Source of the DNA: Felis catus
Taxonomy: Eukaryota
Assembly (NCBI RefSeq): GCF_018350175.1
Contig: NC_058383.1
Location: forward strand, 40,610,001 to 40,674,000
Direction of reading: 5' to 3'
Length of the DNA: 64,000 bases
Below, one piece after another: positions 12,330 through 24,514 of this stretch (the first letter of the stretch is position 1; every line of letters starts with the position of its first letter). A model generated the notes under the pieces. It saw only the letters and a program-made list of their open reading frames with translations, did no database searches and was not told the DNA's origin. Both the position numbers and the translations under genes were made by a program.

Positions 12330-14130
12330 CATCCGCAGCTGTCTTGAAAGCCGAGGTCCGGGAACTACTTTTTTGATCCTCGGGCGCAGAGCGGAGGCTC
12401 TAACGCAGCCTGTGCGCAGACGCGTGGCTCTGCTCTCGGCCTCCCTGCAGGCGGCTGGTGGAAAGCAGGGCCAGGCGGGGACAGACGCCCGCATCTCCCG
12501 GAGGGGCCCCAGGAGGAGACGCAGGGAACCACGAAGACCCAACCCGCCCCACAGACCGATCCGCGGAGCCGCCCCGCGACCCCCCCCCCCCCCCCCGCAC
12601 ACCAGGACCTGTGCCGCAGTGTCCACAGCAGGGCAGAGTCCGCCCACAGAGGAGGGTGGGCAACACGGGGCCCATCCACAGGATGGAATACCACCCTGCC
12701 TCAGACAGGAAGGGGATTCTGACGCACGCTCCAACACGGACGCACCCGGAGGACGTCGCGCCCGCGGAAAGCCGCCACCACAGGAACCTGCTGTGGTTCC
12801 CCTTCTGGGAGGTCCCTGGAGGGGTCCAAGTCACAGACGCGGGGAGTAGACAGTGGGCACCGGAGCCAGTGCCAACTGACCTGGGGTTTGATTTGGGGAC
12901 AGCAAAATGTCCTGGGCCCCGAGAGAGGCGATGTCACACGACCTCGTGAATGCCCTAAACGCCACCGAGTTGCTCCCCTCAACATGGTTATTCTGTGCCA
13001 GGTGAACGTGGCCTCGGTAAAGGAGCCCGAGGCCGCCCTGCGAGGCCCGGCGGCCCGTCCCCCAGCAGACAGGGCCCCGGGCGAGCAGCGGGCAGCGTGC
13101 CGCACCCGCCCTCCCTCCCCGGATTCAGCCAGGCAACCCCGCTTCCTCACGCCCACCGCCGCGCACTGCCCCGCGGTCTCCCGCCTTTGCCGGGGCCCCC
13201 CACGGCGCAGCCACTCGACGCCCAACGTAACAGACAAAGAAGCCAAGAGGGTGGGCCGGGAGCACCAGCCTCCACCGGCGGAAAGACCGGCCAAAGGGCC
13301 CGAGTCCCCCACGCGCCCCGCCCCAACGCTCATCCAGGGGTCTGAGAAGGGAACTCTGGCCCCACTTTATGGTAAGATCTCGGCCTTCCAGTGCACATGT
13401 ACGAAGGCCTCTCTCGGCAGAGGCTTGAACGAACGGTCAGCCTCCGCTCCTTGAGGGAGCAGCAGATCCGGCTGCTCCAGGGCCCGAAGCCTGGGGGTGG
13501 CTCCCAGAGGCTGGCTCGCTGGACCCCTGTCGAGGGGCACCGCCGGCCTAAAGCCAGCCGCACGGCATTCGGTCTGGAAGCGACACGAGGGGGTGTCCTC
13601 CAAGGTCCCGAGGGGGCTGTGGGAGAGGGGCCGGAGCCCGTCCTGAAGGCGGCCCCTCTCCACCCGTGGGTGCAGACCCTACAGGAACGGAGGCAGGTGT
13701 CAGACTCGGCCCCACGTCGCAGCAGCACAACAGCAAAAGGCAGAGGCAACCCGCAGGTCCATCCCCAGACGGACAAATAAAGCACCCCATCCACACGCGG
13801 AACGTCGCGGGAAAGAGGCACGGACATATCCCGCAACACCAACCTCGCATACGGGCCACTCAGCGTGGAAAGCCAGGCAACAGGCCGCACGGCGTGACTC
13901 CACTGACGGGACACGTCTGGAGCAGGCAAGCCCGCGGACACCGAGAGCACAGTGGGTGGGGAGTGACCACTACCGGGTATAGAGTTTCTTTTGGGGGCAG
14001 GTGATGGGAATGTTCCGGAACGAGACAGAGCTGGTGGGTGCACAACACTGTGGATGTGCTAAATGCCGCTGCATTGTTGAGTACTAAGTGGTTAATTTTA
14101 TGTGCGTTTCACCTCGTTTTTTAAAACAGA
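12330..14130 (+). mobile_element. Two degenerate L1MA/MB-type 3' ends, strongly GC-shifted
   Basis: L1 3' UTR landmarks (atggaataccaccc...gattctgacgcacgctccaacacggacg; gtgatgggaatgttccggaacgagacagag...cacaacactgtggatgtgctaaatgcc...tggttaattttatg). Confidence 0.65.
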
Positions 14131-14662
14131 AGAAACCGTGAAAAAATCAATTAATTTAGAATCACAGACCGGTGGTGGCAGAGAAAGTTGGAGCGGAGCG
14201 AGGCCGGTGTGTCTGACATCCTTCCCGCCGTCACGGCCCGAGGTTCCCACACTCGTTGCACGCCCTGCAGGACAGCGTCCTTAGGACATGTGACTGATGC
14301 ACTCGGGACAGGGGATGGCCCGTTCCCTGTTGTGACCTCAGGCCTGTTACTTCCCCACCCCTCCAGGAGCCTCGAGGCCCCCACTGCCCAGCGTCGGCCG
14401 GAATCCAGCTGCGTCCTGAGCAGGACTCACGTGCATGTGTGCACGTGCTCGTGTGCACTCACGCACCATGCACCGTGTCGCATCCACATCTGCGTGCACA
14501 GACACATGCCCATGTTTGCGTGTGATGGCGTGTGCTCATTTGCGTGCGTGTCCGTGCACGTGTGTTCTGAGAAGGCGGCTGTGGCACAGCTCCATCCAAA
14601 GAAATACCATATGAGCCACAGACTCAACTTTTTTTTTTTAAGATTTTATTAAATAATCTCTA

Positions 14663-14885
14663 GGGGCGCCTGGATGGCTCAGTAGGTTAGGTGTCCGACT
14701 TTGGCTCAGGTCATCATCTCACAGTTCGTGGGTTCGAGCCCTGCGTCAGGCTCCGTGCTGACAGCTCGGGGCCTGGAGCCTGCCTTGGATTCTGTGTCTC
14801 CCCCTCTCTCTGCCCCTCCCCTGCTCACACTCTGTCTCCCTCTGTCTCAAAAATAAATAAAAACATTAAAAAAAATTTTTTTTAA
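14663..14885 (+). mobile_element. CanSINE nested inside an older antisense SINE (~14627-14977)
   Basis: TSD aataatctcta on both sides; the flanking halves join into a minus-strand SINE. Confidence 0.9.
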
Positions 14886-15292
14886 TAATAATCTCTACAC
14901 CCAGCGTGGGGCTGGAACTCACAACCCCGAGATCAAAAGCCACACGATCCTCCGACAGAGCCAGCCGAGCGCCCCTCAGCTGTTAAGTTTTCCAGGAGCT
15001 GCCCATATCGTAAAAGGAAACGGAAACAGAGTTAATGTGAATGATACACTTAACTGGATCGGTCTAAAACACTACCACCCGGCCACGTAACGCATATAGC
15101 ACGTTATTCACCTGCCGTCTCGCGATCTGTGCCAAGTCTCCCCGTCGGGTGGGTCTCCGCCCCGAAGCCCCTCGCTGCGGGCCAGCCACACTTCCGGGGC
15201 ACAGAGGCCACGGTGTCCAGCGGCACGTGGCGGGCACCCCGGCTCCTCCTCGCTACAGCCGGCACCAATGGCGAGTCAGAAACGACCGACCA

Positions 15293-15500
15293 GGGGCGCC
15301 TGGGTGGCTCAGTCGGTTCGGTGTCCGACTTTGGCTCAGGTCATGATCTCACAGTTCGTGGGTTCGAGCCCCGCATTGGGCTCAGGGCTGACAGCTCGGG
15401 GCCTGGAGCCTGCCTTGGATTCTGTGTCTCCCCCTCTCTCTGCCCCTCCCCTGCTCACACTCTGTCTCTCTCTCAAAGATTAAAAACAAATCTTTTTTAA
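15293..15500 (+). mobile_element. CanSINE
   Basis: ggggcgcctgggtggctcagtcggtt head, CT tract and A tail; imperfect TSD gaaacgac(c/t)gac. Confidence 0.9.
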
Positions 15501-17199
15501 AGAGGGAAACGACTGACAAAATCGCACACGGCCACCACTGGCCCAGGGGGCACCAGCACAGCCATGGGAATGGCCGCTGTGACCCGACGGTGGCTCTGAG
15601 GTCCGGTCCCGAGCCCAAGGGGCAGCAGGCAGATCACACCTCCCTTGCCGAGTCCCTTGGTCCAGGCCCCTGAATCCACAGTCCCAAAAATGTTCCAAGG
15701 GATTTGGGTAATGTCGTCATGAGATGGCATCACCAAACCAACAAAACTGTCCATTAAGCTGCTTTCGGCTGCCCGGGGTGCCCCTGCGGGACAGCGCAGG
15801 AACTCAGGGCAGGGCTGGAAGGAAGACCCTCTCGGGCCGTGTCTGTGCATCTGTGTGTCTGCCATGTCCACGCTGGAGGCCCAGAAAAAGGCCTGGAGAG
15901 ACCCGTGAGGCTCTCGTCGCTGGGAACGCCGGGTTCCGGATGACCGGCCCTTTGGACCGTGGCGTGCCCCTGAGCGTGGGCTGCCTGCACACACAAGGGG
16001 AATGTTCTGGTCAGGGTGCGGGAGCAGGTACGCGGCTGCACGGCGGGCACGCAGCTCTGCCGGGGCAGCTCCTCCCACACGGTTGATTTCAGACCCGGGA
16101 CGTGGGGGCTGAGGCTGTTCGAATCCACTCGAGGTCTCTGCTGAATTCCACAGGGTTCGACTTCAAGAAAACAACACCCACGTGAATGGCACCCACGCCC
16201 GGCTCCGGCGCCCTCTGCAACCTGCGACCGCCTCACAGTCTGTCCCTGGAGGTTTGCCAACCATGCGCTCTCAGCTCCTCTGGACAGATGGAACCCTAGT
16301 GTTTCCTTTCCTGCACTGGGAAAACACAACAGCTCTTCTTGAAATCCACTGTCGGCGCACGGTAACAGAAGACAGCAGACCGTCAGAACCCGGCTTTGCT
16401 ACAAAGTGGCTGGCTGGGAGGCAAACCCGATTCTATTTAGGTGGATGAGACGGCAGGTTAGCTTGGCCAAGAACGAGAACTTGGAGAGAAGAAACAAGAC
16501 GTGAGGAATCAGATGAATTTCTTTTGTGAGGCAGAGTATTCTCTCCGTTTCCAGCTATAAATTCTAACAAGGTTACTGAAAAGAAAACAGAAACCACACG
16601 CGCACACACACCCCCAATGCAGAGCCCAAGGCCCAAAGCTGTTCCAGAACAGAAGAAAATTAGAGCAACAGCGAAATCACACTTGAAATTAAAGCAGGGA
16701 GGCTCAAGGAAGCGACCGTACCCGCTCGGTTCCTTCCTGCCAGGAACCGAGAGAGAAAAGTAAAGCTTTCAGAAAAGAACAGGGGCAAGGGGTGGGTGGT
16801 GGGGAGCCAAGAGGCATCTAATTTTATCTGGCTTCTTTCCAACAGCAAAATCTAATCCATCATTCTCCCCGGGTGGAAGCTCTTAATGAAAATGTAGAGA
16901 CCGAACTTGGAGTTCTCCGGGGATCCTGCTGGGAAGGGCCCCAGCAGCCCCGCATCCTGCCCGGAGAACTGCCTCGTGTGAAGCCTTCAGACTGTCCTGC
17001 GGCTCCCTGAACACCCTGTCACTGAACACGAGGCCAAGACGTGCTTGTGTTTATGCCCCCGAGCCTCCTCCTGGCCTGGGGGGAGGGGGGGGGTCTCCTC
17101 CGAGACGCCAGCTGGCAGCTCTTGGCCCCGGAGACCTTGCGGAGAAAGGCCGGTCCTGGGCTCCGCCTCCACAGCCACCCTCTCCCCTCCCCTGCGTGG

Positions 17200-17625
17200 A
17201 CAGGGCACGTGTGCCCAGCCATCTGTCCGTCTAGAGACACTCAGGTCGTCTGAAGCTTTGGCTGCTGTGAATAGACCTGCTACGAGCCTGGGCGTACGGC
17301 GATCCGTTCAGACCCCTGCTCTCGCTGGCCTTGGACGTGCACCCGGGAGCGGGATGGCGGGCCATACGGTGACTCCACGTTCCACCTGCTGAGGAACCAC
17401 CACGCCGTTTTCCACAGCGGCCGCGCCGTTTCCCGTCCCGCCAGAACTCGTTATTTCGCGTTTTCTTGTCATCACCACAGTGGGTGTGAAACGGTACCTC
17501 GGGGTGGCTGTGACCCACATTCTGCGAGGAGTTTTTTTCGGGGGCCCGCTGGCCGTCTGTGTCTCTCCTTTCGGGAAATGTCCGTTAAGCCCTTTGTGCG
17601 TTTTTTAAAGTGGGCCTTTTGTTTC
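17200..17625 (-). mobile_element. Antisense L1 fragment, GC-shifted
   Basis: gctttggctgctgtgaatag...gttttccacagcggccgcgccgtttcccgtcccgccag...gggtgtgaaacggtacctc matches reverse L1 ORF2-end text. Confidence 0.65.
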
Positions 17626-19159
17626 CGCTGGTCTTTCTCGAGCCCCCGAACGTAGGAGGCTCTGGGCGTCCCATGGTCTGGGCGCAGGGGGGTCCCCGGT
17701 GCTCGGTGGGGAGGCTCGCAGGGCCTGCCGGCACAGCCCACCCTGCAGGACGATGGGCCGGACATGGCGCAGCAGCCTCGCTCACTGCTTGGAAACAGGC
17801 AGGAGGGGCCGGCTCAGCTTTTTGCCTCTCTCCTGGGTGATCCCTAGTTAAGGATCTTGGATCAAGGGACGTTATCATCCAGTAGATCTGGATGAAAGGG
17901 ATCCCAGCTAGCACAGAGCGTAAGCAGTGACCCAGAGACCAGGCGGACGGCTTGAGCCAGAGTGACGGAACCCGTCCAAACCATCCAAACGAAAGCCCGT
18001 GGCAACCAGAAATTCTGGAAAAGGCCTTCGGAACCAGACGCTGCCTGCATTCAGAGGGAAAAATGGTTACCGCTTGAAAGAGACAACATGTAAGCGATAC
18101 CAGATGTCACCATGATGCTTAAAATAGTGACAAGTCCCGAACGCAAAAGACGCCTTCTCCCGCTTCAAGGTCGTGCCACCAGCCCTGCCGCTCCCCGCGC
18201 TGTGGGCTCCGTGTTCCTTCAGTTCTCTGCCTGCGACAAACAGACGATTGGGATTCATTGCCACAAAAGCCGGGCCCACGTAACTCTCAACAGACATGCT
18301 CTCGGCACACGAGGCGCTAAGAGCCGTGTTACAGCACTTTGCATTTTAAATTTCTGACGTTCCAAAGTGTCTCTCCCTGAAACACCGCATGATTTAAAAG
18401 GAGCTACCCAAAATAGAGAACCCATGTTTCTCTGTCCCTGCGTGGAAATATGGGTGTGACCGCTCACACGTGCAAGCTAGCAGTGAAGCCCGTGGTGGTA
18501 AACACCCCTGGCCACGTGAGCACAACCCCGTCCGGGCCGGGGTTCCGAGGGCCGCTCTACACAGTGCCGCCCCGTCCCGGTTGTCCTGATGCCGGAAGCC
18601 CGCTGGAGCCGGCTGAGCCCCTGGCGTCCCCCCGGCCCAGGCAGTGAAGGGCTCCCAGTTCTCTCCGAGCACCACGGAGAGGACACACGCGGGGTGTGGT
18701 GGGGCCGTGGGGCCAATCCCCCTTTCGTTTCTCACGTGGGACATTTTGAACCCGATTGAAACAAAACACCGGGGAAAACGAAACATTTTTTGGAACTTTC
18801 CAATATCCACTAGCCACCCGAGACTGCGATGAGCCGCCCACCCTGGAGAGGCGCGTACCCTGGCCTGCTCCACGGGGGCCCCCGCCTGCCTCCGACCGGG
18901 CCTTCTTCTCCCACTCACCTTCACAACGTGACAATGTCTGCCAAGGACACGATGAGCGATCTTGATCTATCCACTCATCCTGCTGAGTTTTGTGAGCGTG
19001 ATGTCACACATGGGGGAAAGAAAGGCAGATGGAGGGTGTAGGGGTCCTCGGTCCCAGCACCCATCCCCCACCCCCCTTCCACCCGCATTCCCTCGCCCCA
19101 CCCCCATGACTGGCGGAGCTGGGGAGCCTCTGTCAAGAAGGCTGCAGGAGCCCCTCTGA

Positions 19160-19700
19160 TGTTACGTGCGTGGGGCCTGTGAATTAAACTGACAAGCAAC
19201 GGATTAACAAAAGAAAATAGGTTAGTCACGCGCCCACGGGAGCCAAGACAAACAGTGGGTTCAGTAGTTTCAGTTAGGTGTTTATATACCTAACTTGGTA
19301 GGGGAGAGGGGGAGGGGAGAAAGATCCTTCTTAAAGTTGGAACAAACAGACTTCTGCAGGAAAGACAAATGTGTTTCAGGAGAATAAGTGAGATGTAAGG
19401 AAGTTGGTGACACCGCTTGTCTCTACAGGTGTGAGTGGCCTCTTAGGCCCTTTCAGGGCCATAAAACCCCCGGAGAAGAGACCTGGGATAGGTTCACCCG
19501 TGGGATCTCCTGTGGGAGTAGACCTGCCCTACAGAAGGACTTGGTGGCAGCCTGACTTCCCAGAAGTTGCTTCTGGTAGTCAGATAGGGGAGGCTCCGAC
19601 AAGGATTCTTTCTGCGTCTGAGTCTCAACTATCTGCAGCTCAAAATAACCCTCAGGCCAAGGTGGCATGTTTTGGAGTGCCATCTCCCGCTCCCTTCAAG
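19160..19700 (-). mobile_element. ERV1-class solo LTR (MER34/carnivore LTR-like)
   Basis: AT-richer block ending ...cagctcaaaataaccctcaggccaaggtggcatgttttggagtg...cccttca, typical of a reversed MER4/MER34-group LTR. Family is uncertain. Confidence 0.5.
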
Positions 19701-22329
19701 GCCTCTAACCATGGCGCACTCGCCCCATCACCCAGCTATAACCAGTCCTCCTGGGCCAACGGGAGTCACTGCTGTGTGGACTCTGTTCTTTCCTCTAAGA
19801 CCGGGCCACGGCAGATCTTTTAAGAGCCACTCGATCTCCCGAGTGAGGATGCTTAGAACACCCAATGCAGAAGGAGCCAGGAGAAGAGTGTGGCCCCCAC
19901 GGCAGCCCGGAGCCCACTGTGGAGCAGAGGAGAGGGACCACGTCGGGTCCTCGCTCCAGGAAGCCAGTGACAGAGCTTAGGAAGGAGAGGGGGCCGGATA
20001 TGCCACAGCCTCCCGTGTTCCGCCAGCCAGGCCAGGGCCTCACGGTCCGGGCCGCCCTGAGCAAGGAGAGGTCACAAAAACATCCTCTGACGGAAACCAT
20101 TCAGCTAATCGCTTCCTGGAGCCCTGGTGATACGGACGGTACTGAGCGGCTTAGATAAGCACTGTGCTCGTGTCCGCTGCCCTTCTCCTCTACGCCCAGC
20201 ACCCCGCCGCCCCACAGTTGACTCTTTCAGCCAAACCACGGTTGTGTTCAGGGCACCTGATCGGTTGCTGTGACAGTAACACAAGTTGAAGGGTCTGCCC
20301 CGACGCATCAGCGTTTCTTCCAGTTGGAATAAGAATACATTCTCCTCAAGTGGTCGGAAAGAAGAGAGCTAGAGCGGGTCCTCTGGGCTTAAGAGGTGGG
20401 GGTCAGAATCCTCAGGCTGGGTCCTGGCCCATTAGCAGTAGCTCCCAGACAGGGTGCAGCCAAGGCTGTGAGGCCCATCATCACCACCGGCATCGCTGTC
20501 GTCACCAACATCACCACTCGCATCGTCTCAGGCTGACGCTTCTGTGGCACTAACCATCAACCTATGGTTAAGCTAACTGTCTGTTACCGTATCTCATCTT
20601 GGCACGCTCGGGAGTGGAGATCATTAACCCCAGTTCACAAATGAGGCAACCGGGGCATCCAGAAACTAAAGCCACACGCCTAGGAAAGGACAACACCACA
20701 GTGCGGACCCGGCAGTCTTTCTCCACAATAAACACCAGACCGGTCCCCGAGACACCAGAACACTTGCGAGCCTACCTCCCAGGGCCCGGAAGGCTCACGG
20801 GTGCCTGGTTAGCAGGGAGCCGTCCTGCTCCTCTTTCCCTTACTTCTCTGTTTTTGACACAGACAACTCTGAGCTCTTCGGGAGTAAAATGGGGTGGCCT
20901 GGGTCACGTACAGCAAAAGCTCCGCCAGCCCCCACGGGGGAAGAAGGAAGGGGGGAAGCTCTGGCTATTCACCCACAGCTAAAGCAGTCCACGTGAGTCC
21001 AACTCAGCATGTGGTTTGCTTTTCTGAAGACAAACCACAAAAGTTCAATTCCTGGGGAGCAGAGTCGGTTCTGTCTCTGCTTTAAATGCTAGACGATGTC
21101 ACAACGCGGGGGCTCCAGGCCGAGGGTCTGGAAGAAGCTACGGGTGAAGGGCCAAGAAACGCTCTCACCAGAAGCGGCTAGAACCAGCAGTCACATCTTG
21201 CCGGCTCCACGCACGGCTGCCTCAGCCGCGGGTCCTGCAGAGAGGTGTGTAAAGCTGTCGTCCGTCCATCAGCCTGTGTCCAGAAGCTCGCTGAGAACAT
21301 CAAAAGCCAAGAGCCTAGACTGTTACTCAGCTGAAGGCGCATCAGGGGTGACTGGAGCCAGACGTACTTTTTTAAAGCAGGAAGCAACCTTCACCACAAA
21401 GCAGGTGTCACCAGAAGCAGCGATGTGTCAGATCCAGACGGCCATGGGGCTCCAGGCGGCTCCCCCACCAAAGCACTGGGAGGGTGAAGGGGATGTCCCA
21501 GAATGGGTTCTGGTCTTTCGGCGCCTTCCCCCCTACCCAGTCCAGCCTGACCCTGCGTCCGGCTGTGTGCACACCCACGTGACTTTCCACCCCCACCGGC
21601 TCCCCGTGGAGCTCAGCTCTCAGCAGAAGCAGATCACCCACAAGCAGCCTGGGCCGGGAGCGGGGCTGCCTTTCCCGGCCCGAGCCGCCCTCCACGTACT
21701 GGCTGCACCAGCAGAATCGGGGGCCTCAAAGCCTCACCTGGGTGCTGAGGGGTAACACAGGTAAAAGCAGCACCTCGAAGCCCTAAGAAACTCCCATCGC
21801 CACAGTGAAGCCCCCAGAAAAAACAAAAGGAGATGGTGGGAGACGCCGTCCTGAACACACGCCCCCCGTTAGCCGACCTGAGGAGCAGGCCCGACAGGGA
21901 GCCGGCAGGCTGGCCAGGGTGGCCGCGGATCCCTGCAGACCCACGGGCTGAAGCTGGAAGACGCATGCTCCCTGCGCAGAGCCCGGCCGCCAGCGACCGA
22001 ACAGCTCCTGGCCAAAGCGGACCCTCTGCTCCCCCCTGAGGCCCCCAGCTAGAAGGAGCTGCACAGCTCCCTGCCAAGTGCTCCCTGCCAGGTGCTCCCA
22101 CCAGGTGCTCCCACCGGCTGCTCTCACCAGGTGTTCAAGAACGTCGGGCCCCCGTTTCCCTTGGCTCTGCTTTCTGGTTGCCGCTTCTGGGACACCACGG
22201 GCTCCCCCAGCCAAGGGCTGCTATCCCTTCACGCGCTCGGCCCCTCCTCCCTCTCTCTCTCCACTCTGTTCCCCAGTCCCCAGGCCCTCTCCGTCTCAAG
22301 GGAGAGAAATGGGACCTACAGAAAGGTCA

Positions 22330-22755
22330 TGGTGCGAGAAGCAGTTGCCATGTCCCCACCTACCCATGAGAAAAAAACATCTAACAAACCCCAAGTGAGA
22401 AGCATCCAAAAAAATTCCTGACCGACACACCTCAGATGGTCAAGGCCATCAAAACTAAGAAAAGCCTGAGACACTATCGCTATTGTCCCAGCTCAGAGGA
22501 GCCCAAGGGGACAGGATGATCAAACGCCATTGGGTCCCAGGACAGAGGGTACCAGGTAACAGCTCAGGACATGTGCTTAGAGTGCCAGCCTCAGTCTGCA
22601 ACACTGTGCCAGGGACAGCTCAGTAACTGTGACAGGCACACCACACTGACGCGAGAGGTCATCAGCAGGACATTCTGCATGGGCTGACAAGCACAGGGGA
22701 GCTCTGTCCTTTCTGCTCTGTTTTCTTGGAAACCTAAAACTTCTCTAAAAAAGGA
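22330..22755 (+). mobile_element. L1MC-type 3' end
   Basis: caaggccatcaaaactaagaaaagcctgagacact...aacctaaaacttctctaaaa. Confidence 0.6.
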
Positions 22756-22760
22756 AGTCT

Positions 22761-22950
22761 GGGACGCTTGAGGGGCTCAGTCGGTTAAGTGCCTGACTTG
22801 ATTTCAGCCCAGGTCATGACCTCACGGTTCATGAGATCGAGCCCCGCATCGGGCTCCACACTGAACACAGAACCTGCCTAGGATTCTCTCTCTCTGCCCC
22901 GCCCCAGCTCGTGCATGTGCGCATGCTGCCCCCCCAAAGGAAGAAAAAAA
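22761..22950 (+). mobile_element. CanSINE
   Basis: gggacgcttgaggggctcagtcggttaag...ttcagcccaggtcatgacctcacggttc. Confidence 0.85.
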
Positions 22951-22964
22951 AAGGGAAGTTTTTA

Positions 22965-23183
22965 TTTTTATTTTTTTTTTCAACGTTTATTTATTTTTGG
23001 GACAGAGAGAGACAGAGCATGAACGGGGGAGGGGCAGAGAGAGAGGGAGACACAGAATTGGAAACAGGCTCCAGGCTCTGAGCTGTCAGCCCAGAGCCCG
23101 ACGCGGGGCTCGAACTCACAGACCGCGAGATCGTGACCTGGCTAAAGTCGGACGCTTAACCGACTGCGCCACCCAGGCGCCCC
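22965..23183 (-). mobile_element. Young felid CanSINE with 15-bp TSD
   Basis: Reverse SINEC_Fc; TSD aaagggaagttttta at ~22950-22964 and 23186-23200. Confidence 0.95.
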
Positions 23184-23725
23184 ATAAAGGGAAGTTTTTA
23201 AAAACTAGCAAGACTCCCAGAACCACACCAGCTCAGTCTTTCCACAGACCCCCAAAACAAACAAGGCCCTTGCCCTTCACGACTGATCTGCAAAGTCCCT
23301 GACACAGACATATGCATGGTCCCCCCACTAAGTCTCTGCAATACTTGGGGGCCACTCCCGCAAGAGCCCCACTCACTTGCCATCCTTCTCGGGGTTTCTT
23401 GAGACGGTGACTTCTGGGAATCTCAAATAATCCGGGCCTCGGCAGGAGTGAAAGGGGCAGCTCCTGAATGTGCAGAGTAACCTTGATTATAAATCAGACT
23501 GCTGCAAGTTCATTTCTCCCCATAAAAGCATATTAAATATTTTACGTCTGGTCCTCCCGCTCTTTAACAAAAAAAATAAATAAAAGGAAATAAAATAAAT
23601 AAATAAAATGAAAATGCAGCAAATCAATGTAGACAGAATACCAAAAAGGACACGAGGCAGCTGACAGCTGTGTCTGCTTGTCGAGGTAGTTGCAGGGCTG
23701 TGGGGACTGCTAAGAACTTGCCTGG

Positions 23726-23927
23726 TTTTTTTTTAAAGTTTATTTATTCTTGAGAGAAACAGCATGAGTGAGGGAAGGGCAGAGAGACAAAGGGACAGAG
23801 GATCCCAAGTGGGATCTGCGCTGCCTGCAAAGAGCCCTGTGTGGGGCTCTGCGGGGCTCAAACTCACGAACAGCCAGGTCATGAGCTGAGCCAAAGTCAG
23901 ATGTCTCACTGAGCCACCGAGCGCCCC
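23726..23927 (-). mobile_element. CanSINE (antisense)
   Basis: Poly-T, tttatttatt, gagaga, ...gagccaccgagcgcccc. Confidence 0.85.
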
Positions 23928-24144
23928 AAGAACGGCCTTTCACACCTGTTCTCTTGAAAGGGCCCAGCAGCGCGCTCCAGAGGCTACCCGATGGTGATGT
24001 TGGTAGGGACGAGGGCAAAAGGAGAGTGGAGAGCACAGCTCTGCCTTCAAGGGATCGGCCTAAATGTAAAACATACCTGTAAATTTGGGTAAAATACTGC
24101 TTTTTCTTAAAAAGGAGTGCTCGTGTGTAGTGGGTTTTATTATC

Positions 24145-24316
24145 GTTTTTTGTTTTAAGTTTATTTATTTATTTACAGATAGAGAGAGGGGGAGAATACC
24201 AGGCAGGCTCCGCACTGTCAGTGCAGAGCCCGATGTGAGACTCAAACTTGGGAACCTTGAGACCATGACCTGAGCTGAAGTCAGACACTTAACCAACTGA
24301 GCCGCCCAGGTGCTCC
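24145..24316 (-). mobile_element. CanSINE (antisense)
   Basis: tttatttattt...gcaggctccgcactgtcagtgcagagcccgatg...aaccaactgagccgcccaggtgc. Confidence 0.85.
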
Positions 24317-24494
24317 TATCATTGTTTAAGTAAAAAAAAAAAAAAAAAAAAAAGTATGCGCAACAAATTTGTTTCCACTTCTAACACAGTATATGCCCCT
24401 CCCTATACAGCACCACATGACAGAAGTTCAACAACGTTGAAGATAGTTAAGGGGTCCTGAGACTGGGAACCAGGGATGGAACTCACGCGCACCT

Positions 24495-24514
24495 GCGGCG
24501 CCACCTAGCGGCGA
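24495..24514 (-). promoter_or_regulatory. CTCF-like binding motif
   Basis: Minus strand GCCGCTAGGTGGCGCCGC closely matches the CTCF core CCRSYAGRKGGCRS. Confidence 0.6.
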
